A stretch of 62,900 nt of DNA, the filler included, from Ministeria vibrans ATCC 50519 (taxonomy: Eukaryota > Protista > Filasterea): the NCBI GenBank assembly GCA_943704425.1. It is 3 parts of 3 records of this genome, joined end to end, with 100 filler letters (N's around TTAATTAATTAA, not from the genome) between each part and the next. Parts side by side here need not be neighbours in the genome. Positions count along the whole stretch, not along the records: positions 31,436 to 61,761 come from CALSCP010002040.1; positions 61,862 to 62,900 come from CALSCP010000814.1; 1 more part is not named here. The stretch is one strand, 5' to 3'. Made by a program: the position numbers and the translations under genes. Below, piece after piece: positions 55,168 to 62,900 of this stretch; positions within the stretch are counted from its first letter, which is position 1, and each line of letters opens with the position of its first letter. The notes under the pieces are model-generated. The model saw only the letters and a program-made list of their open reading frames with translations. It searched no databases and had not been told where the DNA came from.

Positions 55168-56219
55168 CGAATGGGGAGTTTGTGGTCGTGCTGGACGACC
55201 CAGGACGCGAAAACGAAGGCGATCTGATTATCGCTGGTGAGTCGATGACAAAGGACAAGATGGCCTTTATGATTCGCCACACCAGGTACGCCGATCCTGT
55301 CGATCCACTGTGTAGCTCACTCTGTTGACGCCTCTCTCTCTATGTTTTTTTTTTTTCTTCTTCTTTTTTGTGTATGTTTGTTTGTCTGTCTGTTTGTGCG
55401 TCTGACTGCAGTGGAGTCGTCTGTGTGGCACTGCCATCATCTCGGCGCGACACCCTCCAACTGCCTCCCATGGTCACAGACAACACGGAGCGTCATCAGA
55501 CGTCCTTCACACACTCTGTGGATCTGCTCAGTGGCACGTCGACCGGCATTTCGGCGGGCGACCGTGCTCTGACCATTTGTGCTCTCGCCAATCCCGATAT
55601 TACAGACCCCAAAGCGTTTTCGCGTCCCGGTCACATTTTTCCTTTAGTCGCACGGTACCAACACACAAACGAAACAAGACACTGTGTATTGAATTGATTG
55701 TATAATTAGAGACGGAGGAGTAAGAGAGCGCGTGGGGCACACTGAAGCGACAGTCGAACTGTGTCGATTGGCGGGGAAAGAACCAGTCGGAGCACTCTGC
55801 GAAGTAACGACACTATGAATGAGAATGAATGAGTGTCTCATAGATGCAATGTAGATTGTGCTGGACAATGGGGACATGATGCGCTGCGCACAGCTGATGC
55901 ACTTTGCCCACGTACACCATCTCAAAATCATCACTATTGAAGATCTGGTACGGCAATCATATTATCAGCGTGCAGTTGCTTTTTTTTTTGTAATGTTTTA
56001 TATACGTGTGTGGTGACGAGACTAATATGGAATTTGGTGTTGTTTGCGCGACACTCTCTCAGACTGTAATATGACGATTTCCATCTGCCTTCCTTCTGAA
56101 CGCACTCTTTTATGTGAAACTTTTTTTGTCGTTTCGTTTGTTTTTTTCTTTTTGTGTGTTGATTTTATTTTCTTTTGATTATTGTGTAGGTGAAATATGT
56201 GACGGAACTGGAAAAGTGA
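55168..56219 (+). CDS. RIB3: 3,4-dihydroxy-2-butanone 4-phosphate synthase; 5' exon probably in the gap
   Basis: [53 protein letters not shown]. Confidence 0.93.
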
Positions 56220-56289
56220 GACTGTGACAAATGCCAACTTGTGAATATTGTAAAATGTGTAAAGTAATAAGTATCACTGTAATTTCGAA

Positions 56290-57239
56290 TTAATAGTCAT
56301 GCAGATTGTACAAGGAAAGATGGAGAGAGAGAGAGAGAGATGGGAAAGTGTGATTGTGAGTTAACAACAACCAGAGGAATGGGAAGAGGAGCGTTTCGCG
56401 TTGGAGAGAGTGAGATTGGACGGGGGAGTGACAGTGGAGTGGGGATGGTGTTGATCGTACGTGCGCATGGCGGAGAGTGCCATGGCATAAAAGGCCTCTT
56501 CGATGTGCTGTCCGGTACATGCTGATGTCTCGTAGTGCTAAGAGAGAAAAAAGAGGCGTTGTGTCGCTGATTTCCGAACTGGTAAGACGTACCGGCATGT
56601 TATGTTCGTCTGCCGTTGATTGACCTTTCGCCTCACTCACTGCCCTCTGCTCCGTCCGGTCTGACTTGTTCCCCAGCAAAATCTTTGTCACTGCTCCGTC
56701 CGTTGACGAGGCGTGTTCGTCGATGCTTCGAACCCTGCGGAACCGTATTGACATAGGATTAGGGTTATGATTAGGGTTAGGGTTAGGAACATGTTTGGCC
56801 TCCAACTCACCAACGTGGAATCGACAATAAACTCGCTTCCGAAGTGAGATCATACACAATGAAGACTCCTTGTGCGCTCCTGTAGTACTTCACGGTGATC
56901 CCATGGTATCGCTCTTGCCCAGCAGTGTCCCACTGCGACCAGACGTGTCAGTTTTCGTTCGGGCACTGAAACGTAACGTACAATTTGCAACTTGACCGTC
57001 TTCCCCATCACGTTGAGTGTTTTCACTTTAAAGTCCATGCCTACGAGATTGCGACAAAAGAAACGGGAGTCGTCAGAGAGGGCGAAGGGTCCTCGGACGG
57101 CCTGCGAACCAATGGTGGAGACCAAGTCGGTCGAAAACGAGTTGTTCGTATATCTCAAAAGGACGGATGTTTTCCCAACACCGCTGTCGCCTACGATCAA
57201 GATCTTGAAGAGGTAGTCATACTCAGCAAAGGAGGTCAT
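56290..57239 (-). CDS. Divergent Rab8/Rab1-like GTPase paralogue; 3' end uncertain
   Basis: [56 protein letters not shown]. Confidence 0.8.
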
Positions 57240-57308
57240 CGGAAGAGAACAAAACAATCAAAATTGTAGTGAAATTGTGAAATTGTATTCACTTACAATT
57301 ATTTCGCC

Positions 57309-58328
57309 ATGTCCGTTGCCAAAGGCAGAACCGCCGCCGAGGCGGCCGTGATGCTCGAAGACGAAAGCAGACTTGAGGAGGACCTTGAAGACGAATTGGA
57401 CATTGACGATGTGCCGCAACACTTGCGCGAACGACGAATGGCCGAACTGCAGAAGGAGATGGACCTTCTGAAAGGTATCAACCACCGCTTGTTCCGCGTC
57501 TGCCTGAGCCATCTACGCCCCGGGGCACCATCCTGTGTGTGCTCTTCGTTCAATGAGAGACGCGCCAACCCCCTGGCGGTCCTCGATGCGCTGTTGCTGT
57601 GGTCGGTTGGCAACGACACACACGTCGCTCGTGATCCCTCTGGGCTTGTCTCCTGCTGCCCACTGCGCTCGTCGTCGTCGTCGCCCCCCGCCCCCACTCC
57701 CCTCTCACCCCACCCTCCGATCTGTGAGAGTGTCCCTATTGCGACCTGCGCGTGTGGTCTGCATGCTGAGCAGCGTCAGAGTTTGCTATACAGTTGACAC
57801 TCTGAGCATGTAGAAATGAAGGAACGTGAGCACGGCACCTATGAGACGCTGTCGCTCGAAAAGAACTTTCTCGAGGTGACCACTGGCACCAAGCTTGTTG
57901 TGTGTCACTTTTTCCACAAAGATTTCCAGAAATGCAAGACGATTGACGGACATATGAGCGTAAGGACGAAGCGGAACATGACCAACACTCCTTGACACCC
58001 CGTGTAGAAACTCGCCAAGGTACACTTCAAGACAAAGTTCTGTCGAATTGAGGCGGAAAAGGCGCCCTTCTTTGTGACCAAGCTGGCGGTGCGTGTGCTG
58101 CCGGCCGTCTTCTGCTTTGTCAATGGCGTTGTCGAGAAGCGTCTGGTGGGCTTCGAGGCGTTTAACAACCGCGGTGACTTTTCCACACGCGAATTTGAGT
58201 TTTCACTCGCCGAGTGCGGTGTGTTGGGAGCGGATAAGGTGCCCAAGGGACTAAAGAGCATGGCAAGTGTGTTTGGTGGGGCGAGAAGTACAAAGAGAGG
58301 GAGTGATGACGAGTCGGACGACGACTAA
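57309..58328 (+). CDS. TXNDC9: Phosducin-like thioredoxin-domain protein (PhLP3/TXNDC9)
   Basis: LRERRMAELQ, HGTYETL, VVCHFFHKDFQKCKTIDGHM, TKFCRIEAEKAPFFVTKL, RLVGFE. Confidence 0.88.
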
Positions 58329-58632
58329 ATGCACACAAAGGACTACATGAATTGTATTAAAACGACTAAAACATGATGACAATGATAGCAATAATAGGAA
58401 TAATAATAACAATAATAACAATAACAATTCTTATTAGAAGAAGAATACAACCTATTTACTCATGATATAGTCCCCAGGTCTTAATAGAAGAAGAACAATA
58501 AATCCCATTTGATAATAATTAATATTAATGGAATTGTATTAATACGTTAACAATGATAATGACGATGGTAACAATAATAGAAATAATAGTTAGTTATTAA
58601 TAGTTGATGGCGGTACAGAGGAGTGCGCGAGG

Positions 58633-61600
58633 TTATATGAGAGATTCAAGAAGACGCGACGAGTTTGGAGAGGAGTCTTGAAGACGGATTGTAGAAGAAC
58701 GGATTGGGGAAGAGGAAAGGGGGGCGGTGGAAGGAGTGGCAAGGGGGGAGGTGCGTTGAAGCGGAGGAGATGAAGGCTTTGTGGTTGTGGTGTTCGTCGG
58801 GTGCTGCTGGTCTGTGAAGGATGTTGTGGCAAGAGGAGAGGTGGACGAGTATTGGACGGTGGAGGCAGAGGCGCGGGTCATCGTGGTGGTAGTTGTGCCG
58901 AGAATGGAAATGGGCGGAGAGGCGATGCGGACACGGACGGCGGTGGGAGAGGATGGCGTGCGGCGGTGGGCGTTGATGGCGGCTGTCGACACGCGTGTCG
59001 TGGCGGTGGCAGAGCGAAGACGTGGGGGCGAGGTGAGATGCGGCGTGAGAGTGTGGAGGTAAGACTCGTCCAGAGAACGGGCGCCGAAGGAGTTGCGGGT
59101 GGAAGAGAAACGAGGGGATACGGAGGAGGAGGTGAACGAGTAGGAGGAGGGCGGATCGCTGTGTGAGTTGACAAGAGATCCAGCGAGACACGAAGGGGAC
59201 GACGATGAACGGGGGGCACGAGACGACGGTGACTGGGGAGTCGAGTCGACAACACCCGATGTCTGTGACGATGAGGTTGAGGTTGAGCGCAGCGGAGTAC
59301 CGTCGCTCAGAGGACTGGGGCTGGAGCTGGACACGTTAGTGGCGACGGGGGACGATGAGCCACTTCCACTGCCACCAAAGCGGTTTCGACGAAAGGGGTT
59401 GTTGCCACGACGCGACGACGAGCCACTGGAGCCGGTGCTCGAGCTACTGTTGCGCTGAAAGCCAGGCAGAGACGACGCTATGTCCTTGACAAAGGCAAGG
59501 GTCATGGTCACCTTGCTCTTGGCCGAGAGCGACGAACGACGGCTTGACGACTCGCCACCCACCGCATTGGGCGATGACACATTGCTCTTCGAACTGCGCT
59601 TCCACAGCCCCCCACCTCCACTCCCACTCCCTGTGCTCACCGCACCCAGAATTGCGCTGCCGTCGGCACTCGAAGTGCGCGACACGATGGTCGGCTGTCG
59701 TGGCTCCTTGCGCAACGACAATGCATACGTGGCGTCTTCGTCTAGCGGCGGCACACGCGCAAACAGATTCTCATAGCCGCGTGACGTCGGTTTGAACGGA
59801 AAGTACAAGTTTTGGTAGCGACGAATCTCCTCCAGCACTAGTGCCATTCGTTGGTACTTTTGAAAGTGAATCAGTGGTCCTCTGAGCAAACAAGAAGAAA
59901 AGGTGAGCTGGAAACAAGGACATACAACAACAACAAAAAAAAGGTCGTACTCCTCAGAGCCCTCGAACAAATTGGAGTAGTTGGCACGGTAGTATTTGGT
60001 GTTGGCGTCTTCAATAAATACGAGGTCGGACATGTGAACTCCTGAATAAGCAAAATGAATGCAGAGAGAGAGGGAGAGGAGAAAGAAACAAAGTAATAGA
60101 GAGGGAGGAGAAAGAAACAAAGAGATAGAAAGAGAGGAGAAAGAAACAAAGTGATAGAGAGAGAGGAGAAAGAAACAAAGTGATAGAGAGAGAGAAACAA
60201 AGTGATAGAGAGAGAGAAACAAAGTGATGGAGAGAGAGAAATAAAGTGATAGAGAGGAAAAGAAACAAAGTGATAGAGAGATTCGTCAGAAACGCCACAT
60301 TTAGATATTTGTCAATCCTGACCAATATAAGGAACACACGGAGGATTACAAGCGTGCAGGCGAGTGCGGTAGGCGCCAAAGTTGTCCTGGGGAGATGCAA
60401 TGTCTTTGATTTCGGAGAAGTGAGCAAGTGAGGCGTCGTCGACGAGACTCCACGAGGCGCGCAGGCGACTAACTGCGCTGATCTTGAGAGCGGCGACCAT
60501 TTGGAAGACGCCGTGGAAGTTGTTGAGTTGGAGGAAGCGATGGCCCAGGGAAATAAACTTGACGATGTTGGCGGCGCGAGAGGTGGGTGTGGACCCGGAA
60601 ATGATGCGGTCGACGGTCCAAGCGACAACGGAGTTGAAGCGATTCACCAGTTCCGTGATGTTCGGCGCGATAATTTGTCGTTTAGTCCAGTTTTGGTTCT
60701 GACACTCGATGGGCTTGATGCGGTTGTAGCAACGACTGTCCAAAGCGGTGAGCTCGTTGGCGAGCACCCCCGGGTCGATGTAGTCGAAAACGACGTCCGA
60801 GCAACCAACCACTTCGCACATGCACACACGCACAAAGGGGTGCAAGGGAAAGTCGACTTCGAGTGGAGTGCCAGCACCCGCCAAAGTGACCACGTAGTCC
60901 CACGGACTCAGGCGCTTCTTCGCACACACTTCGCTGAGCAGACTGCCCACGGTAGCGTTGCCAGGCAAGTCCAGCTCAAGCGCTTCGCCCTGCGGCAAAA
61001 GCAACACGTACACGTGGAGGTTGACAAAGGCGTTGCCAAAGCCAACACGATCCAATGAAGGTGCAGCAAAGAGCGAGATTGACGACGAGAACATGGGATC
61101 GACGTCGTTGCGAAGACCGCCCAGAGAGCGCTGTTCGTTGCGAAGCCACGACGAATTCGTCTCGCGTCCGCCACTGCCGCCACGACCACGACCCACTCGC
61201 TCGTACTGAGTCACGGACGAGACACTCTTGGGTGAGGTGTTGGTGGACGTGGCCATGGGAGGCGAGAAACAGCGTTTGACAGGCATGGTCGCGAGGGAGC
61301 GCGAACTGAGACTGATCACAGTTGAGGGACGCGGTGCAGTCGCACCCGAGTCATTCCTGCTCGCCTCGGCCGCCGTCATGTCGTCGACAAGTGTCGTCGA
61401 GAGTGCGACCGAACTAAGACGTCGACCCTGTCGTCCCTTCGGGAATTTTTGGTGGTCATCTGCATTGCGCGGGTGTGAAACGGGCGATGTCTGTGTGCTT
61501 AAGGGTCGCAAACACGCCGGACTAAGGTGACCCGTCGCCTGTCCATTACTCAATGCCATCTGTTTGGTGTTGTGCGCCTTGGCTTCGCGCTCCGCCCGCT

Positions 61601-61652
61601 CCTTCTTCTGCAGCGCCAATTGCCGTTTGAGTTTCTCAGCCGAGCCGGTCAA
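58633..61652 (-). CDS. CDC25-type RasGEF with an upstream ubiquitin-like (RBD-like) domain and S/T-rich tail; 5' end uncertain
   Basis: LANELTALD, APNITELVNRFN, LNNFHGVFQMVAAL, AVSRLRASW, PCVPYIG|VHMSDLVFIEDAN, IHFQKY, SLRKEPR. Confidence 0.85.
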
Positions 61653-61679
61653 CTTTGAAAAAAATCAAGAATGAGGGTG

Positions 61680-61761
<82 letters not shown>

Positions 61762-61861
61762 NNNNNNNNNNNNNNNNNNNNNNNNNNNNNNNNNNNNNNN
61801 NNNNNTTAATTAATTAANNNNNNNNNNNNNNNNNNNNNNNNNNNNNNNNNNNNNNNNNNNN
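61762..61861. other. Artificial contig spacer (Ns + TTAATTAATTAA + Ns)
   Basis: Same linker as at ~31380. Confidence 0.9.
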
Positions 61862-61895
<34 letters not shown>

Positions 61896-61924
61896 ATGCA
61901 TTAGTCACACTGCTCGTCTGCTGT

Positions 61925-62765
61925 TCACGGGATCCTACCTGTCTTTTGAAGTACGTTGATGCAGTCGGGAAGACCACCGGAAAGAAGACACGCCACAAAG
62001 TTGATGTTGTGCTTGCCTTCCTTGAGAGCCTGCTCGGCTAGCGCCAGCATGCCAGTGTGGTGGCCCGCAGAGGAGTAGAGCAGCAGAAGTCCACCGTAGT
62101 CTTGTGCCCGCTTCAGACAGTCCTCGGCAAGGTCCAGACGGCCCTTCTTCAGCGTCATGTCCGCCAGTGTCTTCCATTTGGCAGTGTGATCTCCCTCCAT
62201 CTCGCACGTCACTTGAATGGCAGTTTCAAGCTGGCCCAGCGACATTGCCAGCTCAAACTTCTGTTCGGGGTCATTGGTCACCTGAATCGCGAGCTCCTTG
62301 AACCCTACACCAAACCAAAAATAAAAATAAATTAATATTATTATTATTTTAAATTAATCCACTGCTACAATCGCGCGTGGTACACCCATCATGAATATGT
62401 GAGATCGCTTCATACCTTGCTTCTGCAGAAACATAGCAACACGGGCACGCTGTGACTCAGGAATAGAGGGCAGCAGCTCCATGGCCGTCTCGTGGTCGCC
62501 TCGCATCACCACCGTCTGGTACTCGAGAACTTGCAGCGACAAATGGTAACTGTTCAATCATCAAAGGGTGCCGTCAGCGGGGTTCTCATTTCTTTCTACC
62601 TCTCCGTTTATCTCTTTTTTTTTTGTTTTTGTACGGTACCTGACAATGACGTGGTCACGATCAGCAAGGTACACGCGGTTGTGCGCAGGAATGTAACCCA
62701 GCAAGTACAACGGACGATCCACATGCGCCACCGTCACAATTTCTCCTCCCACAAAGTAGCACAGT
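61925..62765 (-). CDS. COPB2: Coatomer beta' subunit, internal fragment
   Basis: YFVGGEIVTVAHVDRPLYLLGY, LEYQTVVMRGD, DPEQKFELAMSLG, AQDYGGLLLLYS. Confidence 0.92.
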
Positions 62766-62791
62766 CTGAAAACACAGAGAAACAATAAGAC

Positions 62792-62900
<109 letters not shown>

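Noticed and set aside
53921-55328. Long ORFs of 325-466 aa
   Set aside because: They are artefacts of translating through the N gap.

Overview
A compact, intron-rich eukaryotic window, most likely from a unicellular holozoan (choanoflagellate- or filasterean-like). It has GT-AG introns filled with (GA)n, (TG)n and (TAA)n microsatellites. Animal-type genes (MRTF, BAF, SorCS-like, AIP, TTC5) sit beside riboflavin-synthesis RIB3, which animals lack. About 30 protein-coding genes can be reconstructed by eye. The standout is a spliced 432-aa gene (37704-39237, minus) built around 13 [TS][TS]xxxGEE motifs. Two read TTLAIGEE, matching the core repeats of the bacterial graspetide (omega-ester RiPP) plesiocin; one core is split by a spliceosomal intron, and no ATP-grasp ligase is visible in the window. 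Other notable items: a tandem alpha/beta-hydrolase-AGC kinase fusion, an intronless secreted protein with a Cif-like Cys-His-Gln pattern, a zinc-free bacterial-type MsrB, a 4-RPEL MRTF, and several candidate structured ncRNAs. Two N-TTAATTAATTAA-N spacers are artificial contig joins, and there is a probable misjoin near 36.1 kb. All calls come from manual reading; no searches were run.
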